Below, piece after piece: positions 9,626-19,184 of a stretch of DNA of 64,000 bases (position 1 is its first letter; each line of letters opens with the position of its first letter). The DNA comes from Nitrospirota bacterium (GTDB taxonomy: Bacteria > Nitrospirota > Thermodesulfovibrionia > Thermodesulfovibrionales > Dissulfurispiraceae). Made by a program: the position numbers and the translations under genes. The notes under the pieces were generated by a model. The model saw only the letters and a list, made by a program, of their open reading frames with translations, was not told the DNA's origin and made no database searches. Location of the stretch: positions 96,001 to 160,000 of the forward strand of contig CAWBMP010000005.1 of assembly GCA_963790025.1 (NCBI GenBank). Reading direction: 5' to 3'.

Positions 9626-12285
9626 AAAAATTACGCGGAATTCTTGCCCTGCAAAGGGGACGGGCTTTCCGGAAAGAGGCGGGAGATATCGGAGCAAAGT
9701 ACCGGTTTTTCAGGCATCTTCTGAGGCACAACAAAGCTGCGCTTACAGCTATTGCCGACATGGAACAGCTTTATTACAGCGGTAAACCTTTCAGCCTTAC
9801 CACAATTAGAATAAAGTATGAGGAACTGCTTGAGGCTGTTAACGGAATCCTCTACGCTTATAGTGTATTGTCGGAGCACGACATAGACGTCCTATCTGAA
9901 AAGCTCGCCGCCCTGGACCGGGGTCTTTTTCACTATTTCAATCCGCACTGCGATTCAGCGGACAGGAGGTTTATTCTGCCGTTTGAATCGATTACTCCCG
10001 CCATGAAAAAGATCGTGGGCGGGAAGGCCGCCAATCTTGCCGCAATACATAATATGATGGGACTGTCCGTGCCCCGGGCCTTTTCCGTTACGGCCCATGC
10101 TTTTGAATACTTTGTCGAGCACAACGGGTTGCGGAGGTACATGAATGAGGAATTTGTCCGAATTTCTTCCGGTTCAACCGCGGATCTCGAAAAGACGTGC
10201 GCCCGGCTTAGAAGTGTTTTCCTCGAGGCGGATGTGCCTCCGCTGTTGGAAAAGGAAATACTTAGCGCATACGCGGTGCTTGAGAAGGCCACTCATCCCG
10301 GGGTGCGCATCGCTATGAGAAGCAGTGCCGTCGGTGAGGATGCCGAGGCCAGTTTTGCCGGCCAGTATGAAACTGTGCTTAATGTAAAAGAGGGCGATAT
10401 TCTGAACGCTTACAAGCGTGTTATTGCGAGCAAGTACTCGGTGCAGGCTATCACGTATCGACAGCAGCACGGACTTTTCGACCGCGAGACGCCCATGGGT
10501 GTTATCGGAATTGTCATGATCGATTCGAAAGCGAGCGGGGTTCTCTATTCAGTGGACCCTCTTTCGCCGTGTTCCTGCACTATGAGGATCAATTCACTCT
10601 GGGGCGTGGGAGAGCAACTTGTCGACGGGAGCGCCTCGCCTGACATTTTTGTTATCGGCAGGGAAAAGAGGAAAATACTAGAGCGGCATATTGCAGCAAA
10701 AACCTCACGGCTGGTGAGCCTTGAAAGCGGAGGGGTCCGGATGGAGGAGGTAGGCGCATATGAGGCCGCTGTTCCATCCCTTGACGATGCTCAGGTGATT
10801 ACCCTGGCCGATTGCGGATGGCGTCTTGAGGAATTTTTCTCGTCTCCGCAGGACGTTGAATGGGCCCTCGATGCGAACGGCTCCCTCTACATACTTCAGT
10901 CGCGGCCACTACATCTGCCCAATAAGGCCGCGGAAGATAAAGGACATGATTCTATCGACTGTCCGGTGCTTTTTTCGAGAGGCATTACAGCGTCACCAGG
11001 CGTTGCGACAGGGAAGGTTTTTATTGTGGAAAAGGACGCGGACCTGAATGCGGTCCCCGACGACGCAATCCTCGTATCCAGGACAGCGTCCCCCCACCTG
11101 GCAAAGGTCATCGGAAGGATCAGGGGAATTATCACCGACATCGGAAGCGTCACAAGCCACCTGTCATCGGTTGCTCGCGAATTCGGCATACCGGCCCTTG
11201 TCGATACCGGGACTGCCACTGGTTCCCTTCGCAATGGCGAGATCATAACAATGTCGGCAACGGCCGCTAAAGTGTACGAAGGTGTCGTTGAGTCTCTTGC
11301 AAGGCAAATGCGGCCTGCGCGGAATCCAATGTTTGATAGTCCGGTCCACCGGTTGATGAGGGACATCCTCGACAAGATCGCCCCGCTGGGCCTGACCGAT
11401 CCGGAAGCCCCGCAATTTGCTCCTGAGGGGTGCGCTACTTATCACGATATAATACGCTATACGCATGAAATGGCGGTGCGCTCGATGTTCGGGATCTCGG
11501 ATGAGGCGCGGCCTTCAAAATCATCCGTGGAACTTATCACTAATGTCCCCCTGTCTATCAGTCTTATCGACATGGGCGGCGGATTGAAGGAGGGACTTGC
11601 TGTTTCCGGGCTTGTCACCCCTGATTCTATTCAATCAGTTCCAATGCGCGCTGCATGGAAAGGATTCACGCACCCGGGGGTCAACTGGGAAGGCACTATG
11701 AATTTTGGAGGCAGCAAACTTGCCGGCCTGCTTGCAGTCACTGCTATCTCGGAATTAGGAGAACAGGGCGGCGGAGAGAGCTATGCGCTTATTTCACGTG
11801 ATTACATGAACATGAATGTCAGGTTCGCCTATCACTTTGCTGCAATCGACACATTGTGCGGCGAGGACAGTCAGCAGAATTATATCTCGCTCCAGTTTTC
11901 GGGCGGAGCCGGAAACTACTACGGACGCTCACTCAGAGCGCGGTTGATCAGCGAGATTCTGGAACGGTTGGAGTTCAGGGTAACTTTGAAGGGTGACTTT
12001 GTAGAGGCCTCGTTTTCACGGTACGACAGAAAAGCTACCGAAGATCGGCTCGACCTGACGGGGAGGCTGCTGGCCTCTGTCCGCCTGCTGGACATGACCC
12101 TGTCGAACCAGGAGGAGGTGTCGGTGCATACAGAGGAGTTTTTAAAAGGCAACTATGATTTTCTGGCAAAAAGACGTGACGATGAACTGGGCAATTTCTA
12201 TGTTCGGGGCGGGTACTGGAAACGTCTCACCTGGATGGACGGCCCTGCTGTATGCAGGACGGTGCCCGCTGGGGCCGGGGGATAG
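9622..12285 (+). CDS. PEP-synthase-like protein (ATP-grasp plus swivel His domain plus uncharacterised C-terminal domain)
   Basis: VGGKAANL, MRSSAVGED.ASFAGQYETVLN, PQDVEWA..ILQSRP, GSVTSHLSSVARE. ATG 9622 overlaps the upstream stop (ATGA). No PEP-binding TIM barrel recognisable. Confidence 0.85.
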   Translation: MKKLRGILALQRGRAFRKEAGDIGAKYRFFRHLLRHNKAALTAIADMEQLYYSGKPFSLTTIRIKYEELLEAVNGILYAYSVLSEHDIDVLSEKLAALDRGLFHYFNPHCDSADRRFILPFESITPAMKKIVGGKAANLAAIHNMMGLSVPRAFSVTAHAFEYFVEHNGLRRYMNEEFVRISSGSTADLEKTCARLRSVFLEADVPPLLEKEILSAYAVLEKATHPGVRIAMRSSAVGEDAEASFAGQYETVLNVKEGDILNAYKRVIASKYSVQAITYRQQHGLFDRETPMGVIGIVMIDSKASGVLYSVDPLSPCSCTMRINSLWGVGEQLVDGSASPDIFVIGREKRKILERHIAAKTSRLVSLESGGVRMEEVGAYEAAVPSLDDAQVITLADCGWRLEEFFSSPQDVEWALDANGSLYILQSRPLHLPNKAAEDKGHDSIDCPVLFSRGITASPGVATGKVFIVEKDADLNAVPDDAILVSRTASPHLAKVIGRIRGIITDIGSVTSHLSSVAREFGIPALVDTGTATGSLRNGEIITMSATAAKVYEGVVESLARQMRPARNPMFDSPVHRLMRDILDKIAPLGLTDPEAPQFAPEGCATYHDIIRYTHEMAVRSMFGISDEARPSKSSVELITNVPLSISLIDMGGGLKEGLAVSGLVTPDSIQSVPMRAAWKGFTHPGVNWEGTMNFGGSKLAGLLAVTAISELGEQGGGESYALISRDYMNMNVRFAYHFAAIDTLCGEDSQQNYISLQFSGGAGNYYGRSLRARLISEILERLEFRVTLKGDFVEASFSRYDRKATEDRLDLTGRLLASVRLLDMTLSNQEEVSVHTEEFLKGNYDFLAKRRDDELGNFYVRGGYWKRLTWMDGPAVCRTVPAGAGG

Positions 12286-12797
12286 CTTCAGGGCTTTCCG
12301 GACTGGTGGGCAAAGTGGTGGGCAATGCATACCGTGATTTTCTCGACACGATCGAAGCGTATTATTATTTCCCTTTCGCTGTGGCAAAGGGAATTGAACT
12401 TTCCCATGGCACAGTTCATGTGAAAATTAAGCCGCTGGCCGGCAATATCGACAGGGCAGGCGGCATCGCTGTTGCTATAAAAAATATCGATAATTACTTT
12501 GTGCTCAGGACAAACGCACTTGAGGGGAATGTGGTCCTTTTCGAATACAGGAACGGGCGGCGGTTTGCACTCGTCAATGTGAGGAAAAAGGTCGAGACCG
12601 GTGTCTGGCACAGTCTAAGTGTCGAAATTGAAGGAGACACTCTTAAAGGATATCTGAACGGGGAGCAGATGCTTGAGTACAGGGCGGACGGGCCTCTGCA
12701 TGGGTACATAGGGCTATGGACGAAATCAGATTCAGTCATTTATTTTGATGAATTTACATTGGAAACCTCCGGGAGAAAGCAGATTATCGAATTTTGA
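12252..12797 (+). CDS. LamG/DUF1080-like beta-sandwich domain, probably the frameshifted C-terminus of the upstream protein
   Basis: DRAGGI, NYFVLRTNALEGNV, WHSLSV, GYIGLWTKSDSVIYFD; frame is open back into the upstream ORF near 12230. Confidence 0.65.
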   Translation: MQDGARWGRGIASGLSGLVGKVVGNAYRDFLDTIEAYYYFPFAVAKGIELSHGTVHVKIKPLAGNIDRAGGIAVAIKNIDNYFVLRTNALEGNVVLFEYRNGRRFALVNVRKKVETGVWHSLSVEIEGDTLKGYLNGEQMLEYRADGPLHGYIGLWTKSDSVIYFDEFTLETSGRKQIIEF

Positions 12798-12841
12798 TGG
12801 ACCATAAATAGCGTTGTTTTTGGGGTGTATCAGGCTGTGTA

Positions 12842-12850
12842 TGCTATAAT
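12842..12850 (+). promoter_or_regulatory. Extended -10 sigma70 promoter element upstream of cdaA
   Basis: TGcTATAAT about 80 nt before the cdaA start. Confidence 0.5.
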
Positions 12851-12928
12851 AACTCTGCGTGTTTTGCGGAGCCATCCGTTTTTTTTTGCACAACTCTCGG
12901 CGTTATTTTGTTTGGATAAGGGGAATCG

Positions 12929-13729
12929 TTGTTAGAATTATTTAGGCAGATCAGGTGGCAGGATTTTCTTGATATCGCTATCGTCTCGGTAGTACTGTAC
13001 CAGGCCCTTCTCATTGTCAGGGGCACCAAGGCGGCGCAAATGCTCCTCGGGCTTGGTGTCCTGCTTATCGCTTACTTTTTCTCAAATTTTTTCCAACTCT
13101 ACACTATGGACTGGATTATCCAGAGTTTCTGGTCCCAGGTGGTTATTGTGCTGATCGTGCTTTTCCAGCCTGAAATCAGAAGGGCACTGGCGCAGATGGG
13201 GGAGTCTTCATTTTTCCAGAATTTGACCGTTGCAGAGGAGTTGAAATCCCTGGAAGAGATAGTCAAGGCGTCTATCGCATTGGCCCACAGGAAAATCGGG
13301 GCATTGATCGTTATTGAAAGAGAGGTCAGCCTCAAGGACTATGTTGAAATTGCCACGCAGTTGGATGCAAAGGTTTCCAAGGAATTACTGCTGAGCATAT
13401 TTCATCCTACCTCGCCGATTCACGACGGTGCGATAGTCATCAGGGGGAACAGGGTTGTTGCCGCAGGATGTTTCCTGCCGATAACGCTCGGATCGGATGT
13501 CAGCAAATCGCTGGGCACCCGGCACCGGGCCGGTATCGGTATTACCGAGGATACAGATGCAGTGGCTATCATTGTTTCGGAGGAGACTGCAATGATTTCG
13601 GTGGCCCTGCACGGCAGGTTCGAGACCCATGTCGACATGGGCACGTTGCGCGATATCCTCACCGACCTGTTTGCCGAATCAAAAAAAGGGAAGGCCGCTG
13701 CAAAAAAAATTATTTCGAAGGACTCGTAA
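12929..13729 (+). CDS. cdaA: Diadenylate cyclase CdaA
   Basis: Three N-terminal TM helices, FQPEIRRAL, HDGA and GTRHRA catalytic motifs, VSEET. Confidence 0.95.
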   Translation: MLELFRQIRWQDFLDIAIVSVVLYQALLIVRGTKAAQMLLGLGVLLIAYFFSNFFQLYTMDWIIQSFWSQVVIVLIVLFQPEIRRALAQMGESSFFQNLTVAEELKSLEEIVKASIALAHRKIGALIVIEREVSLKDYVEIATQLDAKVSKELLLSIFHPTSPIHDGAIVIRGNRVVAAGCFLPITLGSDVSKSLGTRHRAGIGITEDTDAVAIIVSEETAMISVALHGRFETHVDMGTLRDILTDLFAESKKGKAAAKKIISKDS

Positions 13730-13735
13730 GATATA

Positions 13736-14374
13736 ATGAAAAAGATACTTTTCAACAATCCCGGCACCAAGGTACTTGCGGTTGTCCTTGCGATATCCAT
13801 GTGGATATTTGTTACCTATCGGGGGCAGTCGGAAATGGCCATTGATGTTCCTATCGCGTTCAAGAATGTGCCGAAAGGACTGGAACTGCTGCGCGTGAGC
13901 GCGAAGATGGCGGCATTGAATTTGCGCGGACACGAGAGTCTGCTGAAAAGTCTGAGACCTGTAGACATCGGCGTTGTTATTGACCTGTCCAAAGCGAAGA
14001 AAGGGGAGGCCATATATTATTTGGACAAGAACTCCATAGTCGTACCGGGGACCGTCGATATCCTGAGAATAGAGCCGACGTCGGTCAAAGTAGTGCTTGA
14101 TGAATCACTGATGAAGACGCTTCCGGTGAAGGCAACTATTATAGGTACTCCTGAAAGAGGATTTAAAGTTGTTTCTGTTGATGTCAAGCCTTCTTCAGTG
14201 ACGGTTGAAGGTTCCAGGACAGAACTTGCCAGACTTGCGGTCCTGAGGACGGAGACGATCGATGTGACTGGACTCGATTCGAATGTCACAGAGAGCGTCC
14301 GGATTAATACCAACGGCAGGAATATAAGGGTAAAGACACCTGAAGTAATAGTAAGCATTGCCATAAGGAGGTAA
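13736..14374 (+). CDS. cdaR: CdaR/YbbR-domain regulator
   Basis: KVLAVVLAISMW TM anchor, YbbR-type beta repeats, position between cdaA and glmM. Confidence 0.88.
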   Translation: MKKILFNNPGTKVLAVVLAISMWIFVTYRGQSEMAIDVPIAFKNVPKGLELLRVSAKMAALNLRGHESLLKSLRPVDIGVVIDLSKAKKGEAIYYLDKNSIVVPGTVDILRIEPTSVKVVLDESLMKTLPVKATIIGTPERGFKVVSVDVKPSSVTVEGSRTELARLAVLRTETIDVTGLDSNVTESVRINTNGRNIRVKTPEVIVSIAIRR

Positions 14375-14378
14375 TATA

Positions 14379-15728
14379 GTGAAGTTGTTTGGTACCGATG
14401 GGATCAGGGGAAAAGTGAACAAATATCCCATGACTCCTGAAAATGTGTTGCGTATCGGTATGGCAATCGCCTCGGTCTTGAGTACTGACCACGGGCGGCG
14501 TATGGTACTGATAGGCAAGGACACGCGGCTTTCCGGCTACATGATCGAAAGCGCTCTTACCTCCGGCATTTGCTCAATGGGAATGGATGTTACTCTTGTC
14601 GGACCCATCCCCACCCCCGGCGGCGCCTACCTGACGCGTGCGCTGCGGCTTGATGCCGGCATTATTATTTCGGCCTCGCATAATCCATTTCAGGACAACG
14701 GTATAAAAATATTTTCTTCCGAAGGGTTTAAGCTTTCCGATGAGATCGAGCACAAAATAGAGCTGCTTATCGAGGATAATACGTTCCCTGCGCGCCGGTC
14801 ATCCGGGGACGGGATCGGCAAGGCATTTCGTTTGGCAGATGCTGAAGGGCGCTATATTGAGTATATAAAATCCACCATCCCGAGGGGGGCCGACCTGGAA
14901 GGACTCAAAGTGGTGGTCGATACGGCCAACGGTGCGGCGTATAAAGTTACTCCTATGTTGTTGCGCGAACTCGGCGCGCAGGTTGTGGCTATCAACGATA
15001 AGCCTGACGGTGTCAATATCAATGCTAACTGCGGCTCGCTGCACCTGGACCGTCTTGCCGCCGCGGTAAAGAAGGAAAAAGCCCACGTGGGCATTGCCCA
15101 CGATGGCGATGCCGACAGGACGCTCCTGGTGGATGAACGAGGTAATCAAGTCGACGGGGACATGATTCTGGGGATATGGGCTTCAGAGCTTAAAAAAGAG
15201 GGTCGGCTCCAGGGAAACGGCGTAGTTGCGACCGTTATGAGCAACCTCGGTCTTGAACAGTATCTTGCCCGACAAGGGGTCAAGTTCCTGAGGACCATGG
15301 TCGGCGACCGGTATGTCGTTGAAGAGATGATCAAAAGAGGCCACAATTTGGGCGGCGAGCAATCCGGCCATATCATATCATTTGATTACAACACAACTGG
15401 AGACGGACCCATAACCGCTCTGCAGGTGCTATATATGATGAGAAAAAAGAATGTTCTCCTTTCCGAATTGACGGCCGGGATTGAACTTTATCCTCAGGTG
15501 CTTCTGAATGTTCCTAGTGGAAAGAGAAGTGACATTAAAGGAATCCCGGAGATAACGAGGGCCATTGACGATGCAACTAAAAAACTCGGCAGCAGAGGCA
15601 GGATACTTGTCAGACCTTCCGGTACAGAGCCTAAAATACGTGTCATGGTAGAGGCAGAGGATTCAGGCATGGCAACCGGCCTGGCTGAGCAGGTGGCCGG
15701 GGTCATCCAGGAGAAGCTGGGCGCTTAG
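14379..15728 (+). CDS. glmM: Phosphoglucosamine mutase
   Basis: FGTDGIRG, ISASHNP, DGDADR, GGEQSGH, RPSGTEP. Confidence 0.96.
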   Translation: MKLFGTDGIRGKVNKYPMTPENVLRIGMAIASVLSTDHGRRMVLIGKDTRLSGYMIESALTSGICSMGMDVTLVGPIPTPGGAYLTRALRLDAGIIISASHNPFQDNGIKIFSSEGFKLSDEIEHKIELLIEDNTFPARRSSGDGIGKAFRLADAEGRYIEYIKSTIPRGADLEGLKVVVDTANGAAYKVTPMLLRELGAQVVAINDKPDGVNINANCGSLHLDRLAAAVKKEKAHVGIAHDGDADRTLLVDERGNQVDGDMILGIWASELKKEGRLQGNGVVATVMSNLGLEQYLARQGVKFLRTMVGDRYVVEEMIKRGHNLGGEQSGHIISFDYNTTGDGPITALQVLYMMRKKNVLLSELTAGIELYPQVLLNVPSGKRSDIKGIPEITRAIDDATKKLGSRGRILVRPSGTEPKIRVMVEAEDSGMATGLAEQVAGVIQEKLGA

Positions 15729-16194
15729 CATTACGAAAAGAGCCGGTGATGATCAATGTGATCCCGTCGGCAAGCAGCATTAAATTTAATGTCATGCTGA
15801 TTCCATGTAATGTACTGAACCGCTTCCTGGCCGGCGAGTCAACCGGAGATCTCTCAAAAGACACTATCTCCTGCTTCGTTTTCTTTACCTCGGGATAAAG
15901 GCCAAAGTTTAAGACCAGGCCGATCAAAATTCCAACAACAAGAAGAGTGAAAGTGAGCCTATCTCTTAAACTTTTTTTTAGCCCGGATAGAAGAAAGAAG
16001 CTAAAAGTCAGCATTGCGATCACGAGAATATATGGGAAATACAAAGGAAACAGTCTATCGACGATCGCGCCGGCGGTGTCGCGCCCGAAAGACTTAAATA
16101 TAAGTGGAGTAATTAGGAATGAGAATATGAAGATGCCGCCAACCCAAAGGGCGAGCATTAAATTATAAAGAGCCACGACCATACTTTGCTCCAA
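15703..16194 (-). CDS. DUF4149/TMEM205-like membrane protein
   Basis: LWVGG..FSF.ITP.IF, AGAIVDRLFP.YF, RFSTLHGISM.LN; converges on glmM with a 26-nt overlap. Confidence 0.75.
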   Translation of the reverse strand: MEQSMVVALYNLMLALWVGGIFIFSFLITPLIFKSFGRDTAGAIVDRLFPLYFPYILVIAMLTFSFFLLSGLKKSLRDRLTFTLLVVGILIGLVLNFGLYPEVKKTKQEIVSFERSPVDSPARKRFSTLHGISMTLNLMLLADGITLIITGSFRNAKRPASPG

Positions 16195-16313
16195 TCTCTT
16201 GTCGATATTGATTATTGGTGTGATCTGCAGATTATAAACTAAATTGGGCCGCCAACGTAAATTATTATTTGAAGAACGTTAAATGGAAGAACGCTGAGTG
16301 GTATAATGAAGAT

Positions 16314-16682
16314 ATGATGAGGTCGGCAAGAATCCTGGTTATTTATTTGTTGTATGTGGTAACAAGCTGCACCGTCGCTCCCTCAGATGGTGACATAAAG
16401 AGGGCGATCACTGATTATTTTGACAAACAAGACTATAGAGTGGCTTATCTAAAGATAGGGAGAATTGAAGATATTCATCTTGCCGAAAAAACCTACATGG
16501 GAACGCCCAGTTTTGTCGTTGAGATTTCCAGCATTGTTCTGGAAGCCCAACGGGATAAGGGCCCAGATATCATGAAGGGGAATCGCCTGACCTTTTCCGG
16601 TGCAAAAATAGGTATGAGCCAGGATGTTGAAAATAAAAGCCTCTGGCATATCTCAATTGTTTCAGGGATTGCGGTACATTGA
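16314..16682 (+). CDS. Hypothetical lipoprotein
   Basis: Hydrophobic leader ending VTSC (lipobox-like); TGGTATAAT just upstream. Confidence 0.55.
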   Translation: MMRSARILVIYLLYVVTSCTVAPSDGDIKRAITDYFDKQDYRVAYLKIGRIEDIHLAEKTYMGTPSFVVEISSIVLEAQRDKGPDIMKGNRLTFSGAKIGMSQDVENKSLWHISIVSGIAVH

Positions 16683-16756
16683 TTTATTTTGGCAACTGTC
16701 ATAAAGTAATACTGGTACGAAAATCTTGACGGATACTGAGTAGAAGGAGGTAATCA

Positions 16757-18028
16757 ATGGCCAAACCATTGCAGGGTGAGGGCAAGGCAAGTGAAGGCAC
16801 GACCGCACAGAAAACTTCAATGACATTGATGAGCATCGAGGCCCTTCCTGTTGGCCTGAGTGTGCCCTTTGACGTTTTTCGGAAAGATGGGAGTACATAT
16901 CAGATTCTTTTAAAAAAATGGACAAAATTCGATCCTAATTTCAAGAGTACATGGAAGAGCAATGGGATTTTTTTTGTCTATGTGGAAGGGGACCCGGCGA
17001 AAGTCTATGAGTATTTTGAGAAGAAACCGGAAGAGGACCCGGCAGCAAAAATTGCCGCACATGCCTCATATGTAAAAGACAAGAATGCGTACCATAATGT
17101 CAGCAGGCTTGTATTTAAGGTTGGGTCTACCGTTGATTTTAGCCTTTTCAGAGTGGACAATCTGCGGTTTGTACCTATTCTCCAGGTATTGCAGGGCAAA
17201 ACGGCCGAGATTACCGAGGCTGTTAAGGCTTCTGAAGGAGAATGGGCAATCAAGGAGACGGATATTCCCTTATACAGGGCATATCTTTCAGCTTCTATGA
17301 AAAAAGTGGCTGCCGACAACGCTTCGTTGCAGATAAAAGTTGCCGGTGTAAAAGAAACGACGAAAATCAGCATCCGTGATGTACTTGCCGATCCGACTAA
17401 CTCAAAAAATATCGAAGGGGTAGTGTTTTCGGCAAATAGTGTAATAGGGATGCTGAAACACAAGGACGCTGTATTGGGCAATCTATTGAGCAAGAATGCA
17501 AAGGACTTCCATATATATAACCATTCCAGCAACGTAGCAGTGCTGTCGGCTTCGATGGGGATTGCCCTGCGCATGAGCGACAAGCAGGTCGAGAACCTAA
17601 GTATTGGGGCCATGATGCACGATATTGGCAAGGGTAGCATCCCCATCGAACTGCTTAATAAAAGGGAGAGGTTGACGGACCAGGAATTTGAGGTATGGAA
17701 AAAGCATGTGCCCGATGGTGTCAAGATAGCGCAGAGTCATTCGGGATTGCCGCGCGAGTGTTTCTCGGCCATAGAGCAACACCACGAACGGATGTCAGGC
17801 AACGGATATCCCAGTCGCTTGTCAGGCTCAATGATGACGAACTTCGGCAAAATCATTTCGATCATCGATTGCTTTGATTTATTGGTCACGCCTAAGCCTT
17901 TTAAGATAGCACTGACGCCTTTTATGGCACTGGATCTGATCATGAGGGAAACTAACGAAAAGAAGTATTTTGATCTGGAGCTCGTTAAGCTTTTTGTCAA
18001 AATCCTGAGATCACAGGGAAAGGTATGA
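16757..18028 (+). CDS. HD-GYP domain cyclic-dinucleotide phosphodiesterase
   Basis: HSSNV, HDIGK, HHERMSGNGYP; RBS AAGGAGG. Confidence 0.88.
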   Translation: MAKPLQGEGKASEGTTAQKTSMTLMSIEALPVGLSVPFDVFRKDGSTYQILLKKWTKFDPNFKSTWKSNGIFFVYVEGDPAKVYEYFEKKPEEDPAAKIAAHASYVKDKNAYHNVSRLVFKVGSTVDFSLFRVDNLRFVPILQVLQGKTAEITEAVKASEGEWAIKETDIPLYRAYLSASMKKVAADNASLQIKVAGVKETTKISIRDVLADPTNSKNIEGVVFSANSVIGMLKHKDAVLGNLLSKNAKDFHIYNHSSNVAVLSASMGIALRMSDKQVENLSIGAMMHDIGKGSIPIELLNKRERLTDQEFEVWKKHVPDGVKIAQSHSGLPRECFSAIEQHHERMSGNGYPSRLSGSMMTNFGKIISIIDCFDLLVTPKPFKIALTPFMALDLIMRETNEKKYFDLELVKLFVKILRSQGKV

Positions 18029-18452
18029 TAACGTGCGCCGGCCTTCGTGAATATTGAGGGTTTGTTCCGGTAATATTTTTCTCGAAGAGGATTTTAGTTT
18101 TTAAACAAAAAGTTCCGAAGATGCCACTGAACTCTTGTGTCGTTGTGGACGTCCGCATTCTGTTAGAAGCTTTTCAACTTTTGCATCTTTCTTAATCTTT
18201 ATTGTGTCGCTCATTGCGTTAACCGTCGTAAAAGCGCGGTTACTCAATACTGAGGCTAATCAATAGCTTGCACTCTCACCCACAATGATCTTTATGCAAG
18301 CACTGTCTTCTCCGTGGCCAGGGAGGACGCATATTCAAGACACGCGAGGATATTACTGAAAATACATTTCTTGCCTGTTATAATAATGACAATTGAATGG
18401 GAAAAGGTGGAAAGCGAAACACAGGGTAAAGGTCAAATCGGTGGGGGCGTTT

Positions 18453-19154
18453 ATGGAGCATTCAGAAAGACTTAAAGCCATCGCAAAGGAAGCCGGCGCC
18501 GATCTCTGCGGCATTGCCGATCTGGCGCCTTTCAAGGAGAGTTGGATTGTAATACCGAAGCACCTACTGGATCATTATACGATGGCCGTGTCGATAGCCG
18601 TGAGGCTCGACAATGCGATTATTGATGCAATCAGTGATGCTCCGACAGTTGACTATGCACGGCATTACCGTGAGACTAACATGAGGCTTGATGACATTAC
18701 AGCACAGATCGTTGCATGGATAGGTACAAAAGGCTTTCAATCGTCAGCTGTACCAGCCTCTCACGTTGCCGATGAGGAAAACCTTCTTGGCTCTCTCTCG
18801 CACAAAGCAGTTGCACGCATGGCCGGCATCGGGTGGCAGGGCAAAAGCCTCCTCATTGTAAGTCCACAGTACGGCCCCAGAATTCGTCTTGCCACTGTCA
18901 TTACTGATATGCCGCTGGCGTTTGACCAGCCGATCCGAAACAGATGCGGGGAGTGTAGGGAATGCTCCGAGGCATGTCCTGTCTCAGCGATCAGAAATGT
19001 CTCAACTGGTTCTCAATACGAAAGCAGGGATGCAGCGATCGACCTCAAGAAATGTGCTGACAGGACACTTGAAGTAAAGGCTTTGCCTGGAATTGGCGTT
19101 CGTGCTTGTGGTGTATGCGTCAGGGCATGCCCTTTTGGAAGAAAGAAAAGATGA
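18453..19154 (+). CDS. QueG-like (epoxyqueuosine reductase / reductive dehalogenase-fold) 4Fe-4S protein
   Basis: SHKAVARMAGIG..GKS, YGPRIRL..TD, CGECRECSEACP, CGVCVRACP. Confidence 0.8.
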   Translation: MEHSERLKAIAKEAGADLCGIADLAPFKESWIVIPKHLLDHYTMAVSIAVRLDNAIIDAISDAPTVDYARHYRETNMRLDDITAQIVAWIGTKGFQSSAVPASHVADEENLLGSLSHKAVARMAGIGWQGKSLLIVSPQYGPRIRLATVITDMPLAFDQPIRNRCGECRECSEACPVSAIRNVSTGSQYESRDAAIDLKKCADRTLEVKALPGIGVRACGVCVRACPFGRKKR

Positions 19155-19184
19155 ATGGCGGTTAATAAACGAATAGGAGGCTAC

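Noticed and set aside
12252..12290. Programmed ribosomal frameshift or selenocysteine readthrough at the dikinase junction
   Set aside because: No slippery sequence, and the stop is TAG; a single-base deletion explains it more simply.
18096..18215. Short minus-strand ORF MSDTIKIKKDAKVEKLL...
   Set aside because: About 39 aa, no RBS or motif.
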